A stretch of 32,000 nucleotides of DNA from Wolbachia endosymbiont of Dirofilaria (Dirofilaria) immitis (GTDB lineage: Bacteria > Pseudomonadota > Alphaproteobacteria > Rickettsiales > Anaplasmataceae), in the NCBI RefSeq assembly GCF_013365455.1, contig NZ_CP046578.1, positions 330,001 through 362,000 of the forward strand, in the 5' to 3' direction. The translations under genes were made by a program, and so were the position numbers. The notes under the pieces are model-generated. The model saw only the letters and a program-made list of their open reading frames with translations. It was not told where the DNA came from and made no database searches. Below are positions 10,597 to 22,303 of the stretch, piece by piece. Numbering within the stretch: position 1 is the first letter of the stretch; each line of letters starts with the position of its first letter.

Positions 10597-11340
10597 CTAT
10601 GGAAAAAATTTATTTGCATAAAAGTTTTTCATAATATTTAATGTATCATAATCTGTAAGATCTAATTTTATTGGTGTGATAGTAATAAAACCCTCTTTAA
10701 TTTTGCCTACACTGCCACTACCTGAATGCTCTCTAGACCAACCTAAACTTAAAGAACCGTCTGAATTTTCAGTGAAAGTGAAATCTCCATCAATGTTATA
10801 CTCACCTTGTTCGGCAAATTCTACTCCTTTCACTTTTTCTGTTGCAGGGAAATTTATACTCATTGCTATATTTTTAGGCCAGCCAACCTCGACTAATTTA
10901 GCGGTGACTTTTGGTGCAAAAACCTTTGTATTATGCCAGTTTATTCTATTGTGATATACTTGACTTAATGCAATAGAAGGTATAGATCTTGCAGCACTTT
11001 CCATTACGGCGCCAATTGTTCCTGAATAACAGACATCGTCTCCAACGTTTGATCCAATATTTACTCCAGACAATACTAAATCTGGCTTTTTATCCATGAT
11101 CTTATTCAGTGCAATGATAACACAATCTGCAGGGGTACCAGATATACTAAACTCTTTTTCACCATGTCGATTTACTCTAATAGATTGCCTTATTGGGTAA
11201 TCAAGGGACCTTGCTGCTCCACTTCTATCAGTATCTGGTGCCACTACCCATATTTCTGATGCAAAGTTTTGTGCAACCTCTTTGAGTAATTTTATTCCTT
11301 CACTTTCAAAACCATCATCATTTGTTATTAATATTATCAT
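10597..11340 (-). CDS. surE: 5'/3'-nucleotidase SurE
   Basis: N-terminal MIILITNDDGFESEGIKLL, SGTPADCV, SGINIGSNVGDDVCYSGTIGAVMESA. Confidence 0.98.
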   Translation of the reverse strand: MIILITNDDGFESEGIKLLKEVAQNFASEIWVVAPDTDRSGAARSLDYPIRQSIRVNRHGEKEFSISGTPADCVIIALNKIMDKKPDLVLSGVNIGSNVGDDVCYSGTIGAVMESAARSIPSIALSQVYHNRINWHNTKVFAPKVTAKLVEVGWPKNIAMSINFPATEKVKGVEFAEQGEYNIDGDFTFTENSDGSLSLGWSREHSGSGSVGKIKEGFITITPIKLDLTDYDTLNIMKNFYANKFFP

Positions 11341-11535
11341 ATAAGATGTTATATAGCTCCAAAGCTATGATAAGTAATTCTGATTATTGGTTGCAAATAA
11401 ATCTATTGTTCTTATCTACTTTTATTATTTGTGGTTTTTCTTGATTTTCTAGTACTTTACTTCTACTATGTGTTAAATTCATGTAAATTTACAGCTTAAT
11501 GAGGAAATTAATATGGCTCTATGTTTGTACGCTAG

Positions 11536-13611
<2,076 letters not shown>

Positions 13612-13672
13612 GTAACAATTGTCTAAGTTCTTTTAGGTACGTATAGGTACTGCTTATATCTCTTTATATCTC

Positions 13673-13700
13673 TTGACATTAATAGATTTATGGATAAACT
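13673..13700 (+). promoter_or_regulatory. Candidate sigma70-type promoter upstream of the folate gene cluster
   Basis: TTGACA (13673-13678), 16-nt spacer, TAAACT (13695-13700), shortly upstream of AAAGGAG and the CADD-like start. The genome is AT-rich, so this is tentative. Confidence 0.4.
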
Positions 13701-13714
13701 AGAATAGTTTTGTA

Positions 13715-14392
13715 TTGACCAAAGGAGTTATGGTAATGTTTGTTCAATTACTTGATAGAGAGTTAGATGGTTTGCATTTACTAAAGCATCAATTTTACCG
13801 ATTATGGAATGAAGGGAAATTGAGTTTTAAAGCTCTACAAGTTTATGCTAAAGAGTATTATCATCATGTTGCTGCATTTCCTCGTTATATTAGCAGTATA
13901 CACTCTTTGTGTCATAATCTGAAAATGCGGCAGGTTTTACTTAATAATTTAATAGAAGAGGAGCAAGGTGATGAAAATCACCCAGAACTATGGCAACGTT
14001 TTGCTGAAGGGCTTGGTGTTACGCGTTCTGATTTTCATGAGAATCCACAGGTTAAGAAAACACAAGAGTTAGTTGATGGTTACTTTAATATTGTACGATC
14101 AGACTTTGCAATGGGTCTTGGTGCTCTTTATGCTTATGAACGTCAAACTCCAGAGGTTTCTAAATCTAAAATTGAAGGTCTGAAAAAGCATTACTTAATA
14201 AGTGATAAGCGTTCTCTCCAATTTTTCACTGTTCATATAGACGCTGATAAATGGCACACTGAAGAGTGCGCAAACCTTATTGTAGATTTAAACAAGAAAG
14301 AACAAGAAAAGGTTATACAAGGTGCTAAAAGGGGAGCCAGGCTTCTATGGGGTTTTCTTGATGGAATGATAAACGCATATGTATCTTGTTGA
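13715..14392 (+). CDS. CADD/TenA/PqqC-like diiron-oxygenase-fold protein, candidate pABA synthase (likely start ATG at 13730 or 13736)
   Basis: LLKHQFYRLWNEGKLSFKALQVYAKEYYHHVAAFPRYISSIHS, LIEEEQGDENHPELW, YAYERQTPE, FTVHIDADKWHTEE. These resemble Chlamydia CADD, including candidate metal ligands. It sits directly upstream of folate genes. Confidence 0.88.
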   Translation: MTKGVMVMFVQLLDRELDGLHLLKHQFYRLWNEGKLSFKALQVYAKEYYHHVAAFPRYISSIHSLCHNLKMRQVLLNNLIEEEQGDENHPELWQRFAEGLGVTRSDFHENPQVKKTQELVDGYFNIVRSDFAMGLGALYAYERQTPEVSKSKIEGLKKHYLISDKRSLQFFTVHIDADKWHTEECANLIVDLNKKEQEKVIQGAKRGARLLWGFLDGMINAYVSC

Positions 14393-14495
14393 GAGATGAT
14401 CTCTAATAAGAGGAGAAAATTTCTCTTGAGTAGCTTAGTGGACTTTAGAGATATGTAGTAGGGGATAGCAAAGTGTATAAAGATGGAGATAAAGT

Positions 14496-14897
14496 ATGAA
14501 ACCTTTATGTAATCTTTTTATCCAGGATTTACGGCTTTGGATTCATTTAGGGTGTGGTATAGAAGAGAAGTTTAACCTTCAATTAGTGAGTATTAGTATT
14601 GATTTTATTTTTAAATCTCCTCCCTTAGGGTTTATCACTGATCAGCTTGGAGATACTATCTGCTATCTAGAAGTAGTACAGAATATTAAGTCTCTTGTTC
14701 AAAATAAGCAATTCAATTTAATCGAGCATTTTAATCATGATATATGTGTTACTGTTAGTAACCTTGTGATGCAGAAAAAGCATATTATTTCTTCTATAAA
14801 AGTAGTTACTCACAAAGTTGTACCACCTGTTCCTGATGTACATGGGGGTGTTGTTTTTACTTACTGCTATACGCTACAAAAGCAGGAAAATAACTGA
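14496..14897 (+). CDS. folB: Dihydroneopterin aldolase-like protein
   Basis: 133 aa; N-terminal IQDLRLWIHLGCGIEEKFNLQLVSISIDF, TICYLEVVQNIKSLV, FNLIEHFNHDIC; followed by folKP with a 1-nt overlap. Confidence 0.85.
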   Translation: MKPLCNLFIQDLRLWIHLGCGIEEKFNLQLVSISIDFIFKSPPLGFITDQLGDTICYLEVVQNIKSLVQNKQFNLIEHFNHDICVTVSNLVMQKKHIISSIKVVTHKVVPPVPDVHGGVVFTYCYTLQKQENN

Positions 14898-16195
14898 TGG
14901 TTTATATTTCTATTGGTTCAAATTTGAGAAATCGCTTTTCTAATTTACAAAAGGCTACTCAGTTACTAAAGAAGTCCTATTTTAAGGATTTAAAATCTTC
15001 AATTATTCTAGAAACTCAGGCTATTTTACCAAATGGTGCTCCGACTGAGTGGGATAAACCATTCCTCAATATGGTTGTATATGGAAGGTGTCTTGTTTCT
15101 CCTGAAGAGTTATTGAGAGGCCTCAACCAAATTGAGTGTGATATTGGTCGTCCACAAGTCCTTGAAAAATGGGAACCTCGTATTATTGATTTAGATATTT
15201 TATTATGGGATGATCTAGTGCTCGATACACCACATCTTACTATTCCTCACCCGGAATTGATGAATAGGCCATTTCTTCTTCACTTAATGGCAATGCTGAG
15301 TCCTATGGATAATATTCCAGTAGTTAACAAAACGTTTAATGCTGTTGCTTATAGTAACCCTAACATTAAGGATTGCTTTTTAAGGAGCTTTACGCTTTCA
15401 CCAAAGCTTGTAGGAATTGTTAATGTTACTCCTGATTCATTTTCAGATGGTGGCCTTTATTGTGATTCAGATCAGGCGACTAAACAGGTGCTAAAACTAG
15501 TATCAGATGGTGCAAGTATAGTTGATCTTGGTGCTCAATCAACTAGGCCTGGATCTTCTATACAGCCTTCGAAGGTAGAATATGCACGCTTAAAGCCAGT
15601 ACTTGATAATCTCAGTCATTATATAAAAGTTAATGATATTAAGATTAGCATTGATAGTTTCTGGCCGGATGTTATTTTAAATGTTTTAGAACGCTATAAC
15701 GTTGCTTGGATAAATGATGTGAAAGGAAATTTAGACGATAATACCTTAAAAACAATTGCAAGTAGTGGATGTAGTGTTGTTATTATGCATTCACTCTCTG
15801 TGCCCCCACACGGGGATAATATTATTCCAAGTGACACTAACCCAATTAATATCATAAATCGGTGGGCAGAAAAGAACATTAACAAGCTACTTGCCTTTGG
15901 TTTTGATGAAAATTCAATAATTATTGATCCTGGTGTTGGTTTTGGTAAATCTCTATATCATAATATCTGGATTTTACAGAATATAGAAGCATTGCAAAAT
16001 TTTGGCTGCAAAATCCTGGTTGGTCATTCCAGGAAGTCATTTATTTCTTCTTTTTCTACAGAGCTCGTCTTTGATCGAGATTTAGAAACAATCTCTATGT
16101 CGTCTGTATTATGCGACAAAGTTGATTTCCTTCGAGTACATAATGTACATGATCACATGCGGTTCTTTGTGGCTCAGGCTGTCTTACAAAGATGA
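14897..16195 (+). CDS. folKP: Bifunctional HPPK / dihydropteroate synthase (FolK-FolP fusion)
   Basis: HPPK half: VYISIGSNLRNRFSNLQKA, KWEPRIIDLDILLWDDLVLDTPHLTIPHPELMNRPFLL. DHPS half: KLVGIVNVTPDSFSDGG, IVDLGAQSTRPGS, IIDPGVGFGKS, LVGHSRKSFI. Confidence 0.97.
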   Translation: MVYISIGSNLRNRFSNLQKATQLLKKSYFKDLKSSIILETQAILPNGAPTEWDKPFLNMVVYGRCLVSPEELLRGLNQIECDIGRPQVLEKWEPRIIDLDILLWDDLVLDTPHLTIPHPELMNRPFLLHLMAMLSPMDNIPVVNKTFNAVAYSNPNIKDCFLRSFTLSPKLVGIVNVTPDSFSDGGLYCDSDQATKQVLKLVSDGASIVDLGAQSTRPGSSIQPSKVEYARLKPVLDNLSHYIKVNDIKISIDSFWPDVILNVLERYNVAWINDVKGNLDDNTLKTIASSGCSVVIMHSLSVPPHGDNIIPSDTNPINIINRWAEKNINKLLAFGFDENSIIIDPGVGFGKSLYHNIWILQNIEALQNFGCKILVGHSRKSFISSFSTELVFDRDLETISMSSVLCDKVDFLRVHNVHDHMRFFVAQAVLQR

Positions 16196-16671
16196 TAGTT
16201 ATCGGGGTTATGGCTGTTGATCCAAATGGAGTGATTGGAGTGAATAATAGATTACCATGGCATTATCTAAGTGAGTTAGAGCACTTTCGTCAGGTAACTG
16301 ACAAGCAGATCGTTGTTATGGGCAGGAAAACATTTGAAACAATACCTCAAGGTGTATTAAAAGATCGTACTCCCATTATTTTTTCTCACAATAAGTTAAG
16401 TTCTTGTTTTAATAGAAATATAGAATGTACAGTTGTTTCTTCTATAGAAGAATTTCTGTCAATTCAAAGTGGTTCTAAAATCTATATGATTGGTGGAGCA
16501 CAGATAGCATATCTTTTTTTAAGGCATAATCTAATCTCAGAGTTTATCATAACAAGAATTCACAAGCTTTATAAAGGTGATGTATATTTCAACTTAATGC
16601 TTCTTAATGGATGGAATGAAACTATCCTCACAAAAACGCAAGATTATACTATATGTAGAGTAATACGTTAA
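16192..16671 (+). CDS. folA: Dihydrofolate reductase
   Basis: GVMAVDPNGVIGVNNRLPWHYLSELEHFRQVT, VVMGRKTFETIP, YMIGGAQIAYLFL; 4-nt overlap with folKP. Confidence 0.97.
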   Translation: MIVIGVMAVDPNGVIGVNNRLPWHYLSELEHFRQVTDKQIVVMGRKTFETIPQGVLKDRTPIIFSHNKLSSCFNRNIECTVVSSIEEFLSIQSGSKIYMIGGAQIAYLFLRHNLISEFIITRIHKLYKGDVYFNLMLLNGWNETILTKTQDYTICRVIR

Positions 16672-16673
16672 AT

Positions 16674-17414
16674 ATGCATGTTGAAGCGATTTGTACCCAC
16701 CTGATTCAACACGGTGAGGCATTAGAGAAAATTCTTGATTGCTATATTTCGAAGTTATTGGAAGAAAAGGTTGTACTTGCTATTGCATCAAAAATCGTTT
16801 CCATTTGCCAAGGACGAGTAATCTGCAAAACTGCTTGTTCTAAAGAAGAGCTAATCAGAAAGGAAGCTGATGCAATTGCTGATATAGGTTACCAGCTTGG
16901 GGTTTACTTAACAATCAAAGATGATACCTTAATTCCGTCTGCTGGTATTGATGAATCAAATGGTGATGGAATGTATATTCTATATCCAAAAGATGTTCAG
17001 AAAACTGCTGCGTCATTATGGAGCTACCTTAGAGCAAAACACTGTATAAAACATCTTGGTATTTTAATTACAGATAGTAATATAGCGCCTATGCGCCTTG
17101 GGGTTACAGGGATTTCTCTTGGTTGGTGTGGATTTGAACCACATTATTCTTATATAGGCAAGCCAGATCTTTATAACAAGCTACTCCAGGTAACACAGGT
17201 CAATCTTCTTGATGCTCTAGCAACTTCTGCTGTTTTAGTTATGGGAGAAGGTGCAGAGCGAACACCGCTAGCGCTAATTAAGAATGTGCCAAGAGCTCGC
17301 TTTGTTACCCGCCTGCCAACTATAGAAGAGGAGAAAAATGTTAAGATATCAATACAAAAAGACCTTTATTCTCCTCTCTTCATGAGAGTTAAGTGGTTAA
17401 AGAATGGAGAATAA
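16674..17414 (+). CDS. CofE-like (F420-0:gamma-glutamyl ligase family) protein, candidate FolC2 folylglutamate/dihydrofolate synthase
   Basis: VVLAIASKIVSICQGRV, LIPSAGIDESNGDGMYILYPKDV, LGILITDSNIAPMRLGVTGISLGWCGFEP; starts 3 nt after folA ends. Confidence 0.88.
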   Translation: MHVEAICTHLIQHGEALEKILDCYISKLLEEKVVLAIASKIVSICQGRVICKTACSKEELIRKEADAIADIGYQLGVYLTIKDDTLIPSAGIDESNGDGMYILYPKDVQKTAASLWSYLRAKHCIKHLGILITDSNIAPMRLGVTGISLGWCGFEPHYSYIGKPDLYNKLLQVTQVNLLDALATSAVLVMGEGAERTPLALIKNVPRARFVTRLPTIEEEKNVKISIQKDLYSPLFMRVKWLKNGE

Positions 17415-17468
17415 TTTAAAAAAAATTTATGAAACTTAGGGCAATATAGCTTGACTTTATCTTTTATA

Positions 17469-19403
17469 TCATATTTTATTAAGTCTTTTGATAATATTCC
17501 TTATTTTTGCTGCCTCTTCAAACTCTAGATTCTCAGCATGTTTTAGCATCTGCTTCTTTAAGTTTCTTAGATCGATGTTACTAATATTGATACCTTCCTC
17601 AGCTGCTATTTTGTTTTGTAAGGTATTGGATATAGTTTTTGTTATAGTTTTTGGTGTAATATTGTGTAGAGTATTATATTTCTGTTGTTTCTTTCTTCTT
17701 CTTTCAGTTTCCCTTAATGCGCGGTTCAAGGAGCCAGTTATTTTATCTGCATATAAAATTGCCCTACCTTCAGCATTGCGTGCAGCACGCCCTATCGTTT
17801 GAATGAATGAAGTTTCTGACCGTAAAAATCCTTCTTTATCAGCATCCAAAATTGCAACTAAGCCACACTCCGGAATATCAAGACCTTCACGTAGCAAGTT
17901 AACGCCAACTAGTACATCTATTTCTTTTGACCTTAATTTATGTATAATGTCAATTCTTTCCAATGCGCCGATATCTGAGTGTAAGTAACTTACCTTTATA
18001 TTTAGCTCACTCATGTGGTCAGCTAACTTTTCAGCCATTTTTTTTGTTAATGTAGTAATTAAAACACAAAATCCATTATTTATTGTCAGTTGTGCCTCAT
18101 GAATTACATTATCAACCTGGTTTTCTGTTGATTTTATGATACAAATTGGGTCTGTAAGCCCTGTTGGACGGATAACTTGTTCTATAAATACATTATTGGT
18201 TTTTCCTAACTCATATTTTCCAGGGGTAGCTGAAATGTAAATAGTCTGCGGCCGTACTGCTTCCCACTCTTCGAATGTTAGTGGACGATTATCAAAAGCA
18301 GAAGGGAGTCTAAAGCCGTAATCAACTAATTTTTTTTTACGTGCCTCATTACCGCTGTACATTGCACCAATTTGAGGAACGGTAACATGACTTTCATCAA
18401 CGAATAAAATTACACCTTTAGGTAAATATTCAAACAAAGTAGGTGGTGGATATCCAGCTTCTATTCCATAGAGATAACGTGAATAATTTTCAATACCTTT
18501 ACATGTTCCAGTTGTTACCATCATTTCGATATCAAAATTAGTACGCTGCTCAAGACGTTTTGCTTCAACAAGTTTATTTTGTGAGTAGTAATAATCCAGG
18601 CGTTCATGCAGTTCTTCTTTAATCAGCTTAACTGACTTTAATAGAGTCTCACGTGGTGTGATGTGATAGCTGTTTGGAAAAACGGTGATTTTGTCTACAT
18701 GTTTAATAATATTACCAGTTATGGCATCAATTTCAGAGATTTTTTCTATTTTATTGCCAAGTAGTGATAAACGCCAAGCTTTGTTTTCATAACAAGCAGG
18801 GAAAATATCAATAATATCTCCACGCACTCTGAAATATCCTCGTGCAAATCTGATATCAGAGCGTTTATATTGAAGATCAGCTAGGTTACTCAGGAAATCA
18901 TTAACACAAATTTTATCTCCGACACTTAAGAATATAGTCATATTCATGTAGCTTTTAGGCGAACTAAGACCATATATGCAGGAAACGCTGGCGACTATGA
19001 TTGTGTCCCTGCGCTCCAAAAGAGAACAGATAGCAGAATAACGTAGCATATCAATTCTTTCGTTGATTGTAGAGTCCTTTTCAATATAAGTGTCAGTTTG
19101 CGGTGAATAAGCCTCAGGCTGATAATAATCATAGTAGGAAATGAAGTATTCAACAGCATTATAGGGAAAAAATCCCCTCATTTCTTCATAAAGTTGTGCT
19201 GCTAAAGTTTTATTGTGTGCCATAATTAATGCAGGCCTATTTGTTCTTGCAATAACATTTGCCATGGTGAAAGTTTTTCCAGAGCCAGTAACTCCAAGCA
19301 AAACTTGGTCTCTTTTGTTATTGTTTAATCCTGCAACTAAACTGTCAATTGCCTGTGGTTGATCTCCAGCTGGTTTGAAATGTGTAACAATTTGAAATTC
19401 CAT
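17469..19403 (-). CDS. uvrB: Excinuclease ABC subunit B
   Basis: [71 protein letters not shown]-terminal UVR motif. Confidence 0.99.
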   Translation of the reverse strand: MEFQIVTHFKPAGDQPQAIDSLVAGLNNNKRDQVLLGVTGSGKTFTMANVIARTNRPALIMAHNKTLAAQLYEEMRGFFPYNAVEYFISYYDYYQPEAYSPQTDTYIEKDSTINERIDMLRYSAICSLLERRDTIIVASVSCIYGLSSPKSYMNMTIFLSVGDKICVNDFLSNLADLQYKRSDIRFARGYFRVRGDIIDIFPACYENKAWRLSLLGNKIEKISEIDAITGNIIKHVDKITVFPNSYHITPRETLLKSVKLIKEELHERLDYYYSQNKLVEAKRLEQRTNFDIEMMVTTGTCKGIENYSRYLYGIEAGYPPPTLFEYLPKGVILFVDESHVTVPQIGAMYSGNEARKKKLVDYGFRLPSAFDNRPLTFEEWEAVRPQTIYISATPGKYELGKTNNVFIEQVIRPTGLTDPICIIKSTENQVDNVIHEAQLTINNGFCVLITTLTKKMAEKLADHMSELNIKVSYLHSDIGALERIDIIHKLRSKEIDVLVGVNLLREGLDIPECGLVAILDADKEGFLRSETSFIQTIGRAARNAEGRAILYADKITGSLNRALRETERRRKKQQKYNTLHNITPKTITKTISNTLQNKIAAEEGINISNIDLRNLKKQMLKHAENLEFEEAAKIRNIIKRLNKI

Positions 19404-19483
19404 AACCCTTGTGATTTTATATACTTTATTATTAATACACTTATTATTATAAATAAAGTATAAAAGTGAGTGCCTAAGAAGGT

Positions 19484-20248
19484 CTATTTTTTATTTTTAT
19501 AAAGTTTACTCCAAATCCTATTGTTGGTTAATATAAAAAGTATTGTCAAGATTATAAAATACGCCACTACTTTAAATCCAAGTTTGTGCCTGTATTCCAA
19601 TTCTGGCTCTGCTGCCCATTGTAAAAAATTTACTACGTCATATGCCATATTTTCAACTGTAGCTTGTCTTGCATCATCATATTTTACAATTCCTTCGGAG
19701 AGCGGTGGTGCCATAGCTAATTTGCCTGTTGGAAAGTATGGATTAAAATATAAATTGTTTTCGTCGTGCTCACCGTTTTGATAGCCGGTTAAAAGTGAAT
19801 AGACATAATTTGCACCGCCGTGCCTTGCTTTAACAATTAGTGATAAATCAGGTGGAACTGCACCATTGTTGCTTGCTGCAGCTGCTTCTTTTGTATTAAA
19901 AGGTGCAATAAAGTAATCTGAAGGTATTCCAGGTCTGTAGAACATTTCTCCTAGATCATTTGGACCATCTTTAACTTGGTAAGAAGCTGCAATCTGTTTT
20001 ACGTCTTCTTCAGAAAAACCGGCATCTTGCAAGTTACGGAATGCTACTCTATTCATTGAATGGCAAGCAGCACAAACTTCTTTATATACTTTATAACCAC
20101 GCTGAATTGACTCTCTGTCAAAGGACCCAGTAATTCCATTAAAACTCCAGTTCATTTTCTTATTGGTTGATGGTTTGAATTCTTCTGCACATGCAAGGTT
20201 AGCAAGAGACAATACACAAAACACAGCAAACATATTTTTCACTAGCAT
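19484..20248 (-). CDS. petC: Ubiquinol-cytochrome c reductase, cytochrome c1
   Basis: Signal peptide, haem motif [38 protein letters not shown]-terminal TM anchor; abuts petB. Confidence 0.97.
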   Translation of the reverse strand: MLVKNMFAVFCVLSLANLACAEEFKPSTNKKMNWSFNGITGSFDRESIQRGYKVYKEVCAACHSMNRVAFRNLQDAGFSEEDVKQIAASYQVKDGPNDLGEMFYRPGIPSDYFIAPFNTKEAAAASNNGAVPPDLSLIVKARHGGANYVYSLLTGYQNGEHDENNLYFNPYFPTGKLAMAPPLSEGIVKYDDARQATVENMAYDVVNFLQWAAEPELEYRHKLGFKVVAYFIILTILFILTNNRIWSKLYKNKK

Positions 20249-21480
20249 TATTTTGTCTCCAGAACGGAATCACTTATAGTTTTTGGTAGTTCTACTGGCT
20301 TTTCGTACTTACTAAGTAGTGGCAAAATTACTGTAAAGTATAAAAAATAGTAGAGAGTGGAAAGTCTACTTAGTGTGATATAAGGTTCTTTTACTTTCTG
20401 CCCCCCGAGCCAAGCAAGAAATGCAAAATTTACTGCGAAGACCCAAAAAAAAACTTTAAATAATGGACGGTAAGCACCACTTTTAACTTTTGCTTTATCA
20501 AGCCAAGGTAACAGGAACCATACTAAAATAGATCCAAACATGGTAAGCACACCAATAAATTTACTTGGAATTGAGCGTAACATTGCATAGAAAGGTAAAA
20601 AATACCATTCTGGTACTATATGCACTGGAGTAGCCATAGAATCAGCTTCTACATAATTGTCTGGATGCCCAAGATAATTAGGGGCATAGAAAACAAGCAC
20701 AAACAAAATTATGAAAAATAGACCAAAAGTTGTACAATCTTTGACTATGTAATAAGGATAGAGTGGGATGGTATCTTTATCTGATTTCACTTCTATTCCA
20801 CTTGGGTTACCAGAGCCAAACCTATGCAGGGCAATAATATGTAAGGTAGCTAAAGCGATAATAATGAAAGGCAGAAGATAATGTAGAGCAAAAAAACGAT
20901 TAAGTGTTGAGTTGTCAACAGAAAAACTGCCCCATAACCATATAACTATTTTATCACCAATTAAAGGTACAGCTGAAAATAAGTTAGTTATAACTGTCGC
21001 ACCCCAAAAACTCATTTGTCCCCAAGGAAGAACGTACCCCATAAAGGCCGTTGCCATCATTATAAAAAATATGAATATACCAATAAACCATACCATCTCT
21101 CGTGGCTTCTTATAAGATCCATAATATAATCCGCGCATTATGTGAATATATACCACCATGAAAAAGAGTGAAGCCCCAACAGCATGAGTGTAGCGTATTA
21201 ACCATCCATAGTTTACATCACGCATTATGTGCTCTACACTGTTAAATGCATGATCGACATGCGGAGTATAGTGCATAGCGAGAAATATACCTGTTATTAT
21301 TTGCAGAATTAGCGCTATGCCAGCTAAAGAACCAAAATTCCAAGCGTAATTTAGATTTTTTGGCACTTGGTAAGAAGCGATATGTTTTAAAAAAGAGAAT
21401 ACAGGTAACCTATATTCTATCCAATCTAATAAGCTTTTTTCTTCTTTTATTATTGTGTATTTTTTAGTATCATCTTGCAT
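20248..21480 (-). CDS. petB: Ubiquinol-cytochrome c reductase, cytochrome b
   Basis: NWAWNFG-like N-terminus ([13 protein letters not shown]), [69 protein letters not shown]. Confidence 0.99.
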   Translation of the reverse strand: MQDDTKKYTIIKEEKSLLDWIEYRLPVFSFLKHIASYQVPKNLNYAWNFGSLAGIALILQIITGIFLAMHYTPHVDHAFNSVEHIMRDVNYGWLIRYTHAVGASLFFMVVYIHIMRGLYYGSYKKPREMVWFIGIFIFFIMMATAFMGYVLPWGQMSFWGATVITNLFSAVPLIGDKIVIWLWGSFSVDNSTLNRFFALHYLLPFIIIALATLHIIALHRFGSGNPSGIEVKSDKDTIPLYPYYIVKDCTTFGLFFIILFVLVFYAPNYLGHPDNYVEADSMATPVHIVPEWYFLPFYAMLRSIPSKFIGVLTMFGSILVWFLLPWLDKAKVKSGAYRPLFKVFFWVFAVNFAFLAWLGGQKVKEPYITLSRLSTLYYFLYFTVILPLLSKYEKPVELPKTISDSVLETK

Positions 21481-21687
21481 AAAAGTTTTTTCTATCTCTA
21501 ATTTGCCTATTGTAGCAATTTATCTTCTGTAAACAATAAAAACTTTAAATTAGGAGATCAGACCTAACCGCATCAAAAATTGCAAGCAATTTTACTCTCT
21601 AGTACACGTATAAGTGTTACTTGAACAGTATCGTAGAAATACCGGTTAGCTATTTAGGTAATATCCTCTTCTTTCATAAATCATTCT

Positions 21688-22020
21688 TTATCTCGTAATG
21701 ATTTTTTTTTCTCTTAGTAGGCTTTGTAGCTCACCTTTTTCATACATTTCACGGGTGATATCACAACCACCTATAAACTCTCCCTTTATATACAATTGCG
21801 GAATCGTTGGCCAATCAGAAAACTCTTTTATAGTCTGACGTACTTGATTATTTTCTAGTACATTAATATATTTAAAGTTAACATTTAATCTTTTAAGAAT
21901 TGATACAACGAGCCCAGAGAACCCGCATTGAGGGAAATCAGAAGTACCTTTCATGTACAATACCACATCATTTTCCATTATATCTTTTTTTATTTGTTCA
22001 AAATTATTCATAAGTATCAC
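21688..22020 (-). CDS. grxD: Monothiol CGFS glutaredoxin (Grx4/GrxD)
   Basis: YMKGTSDFPQCGFSGLVVSILK, TIPQLYIKGEFIGGCDIT. Confidence 0.97.
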   Translation of the reverse strand: MILMNNFEQIKKDIMENDVVLYMKGTSDFPQCGFSGLVVSILKRLNVNFKYINVLENNQVRQTIKEFSDWPTIPQLYIKGEFIGGCDITREMYEKGELQSLLREKKIITR

Positions 22021-22026
22021 CTCAAT

Positions 22027-22245
22027 CTAAGCACTGGTTTCTAGTTGCAACGCATGTATTGACTGGCCTTTTAGGGCCTTATATACCATTTTATGCTGTT
22101 CCACTTTTGTTTTCCCAAGAAAATACTTGGAAATTATTTTTAAATGATAATGATTACTATCTCCAACAGGGTCATTAATCTCTATATCAGCATCTGGAAA
22201 TGATTGCTTGATGATTTTCTCTAATTCATGAATTGTGATAACCAT
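22027..22245 (-). CDS. bolA: BolA family protein
   Basis: LEKIIKQSFPDADIEINDPVGDSNHYHLKIISKYFLGKTKVEQHKMVYKAL; immediately upstream of grxD on the same strand. Confidence 0.92.
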   Translation of the reverse strand: MVITIHELEKIIKQSFPDADIEINDPVGDSNHYHLKIISKYFLGKTKVEQHKMVYKALKGQSIHALQLETSA

Positions 22246-22303
22246 TAATTTACTTTGAATACAATATTTATATTATAAATCTAAAACGACTATATGCAAT
22301 TAA

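Noticed and set aside
10676-10954. 92-aa plus-strand ORF
   Set aside because: Lies antisense inside surE; no recognisable domain.
13650-13672. Short direct repeat ATATCTCTT x2 before the folate cluster
   Set aside because: Too short and AT-rich to separate from chance; may only be promoter-proximal background.
17488-17988. Plus-strand ORFs of 104 and 61 aa opposite uvrB
   Set aside because: Shadow ORFs of uvrB, which has unmistakable motifs on the minus strand.
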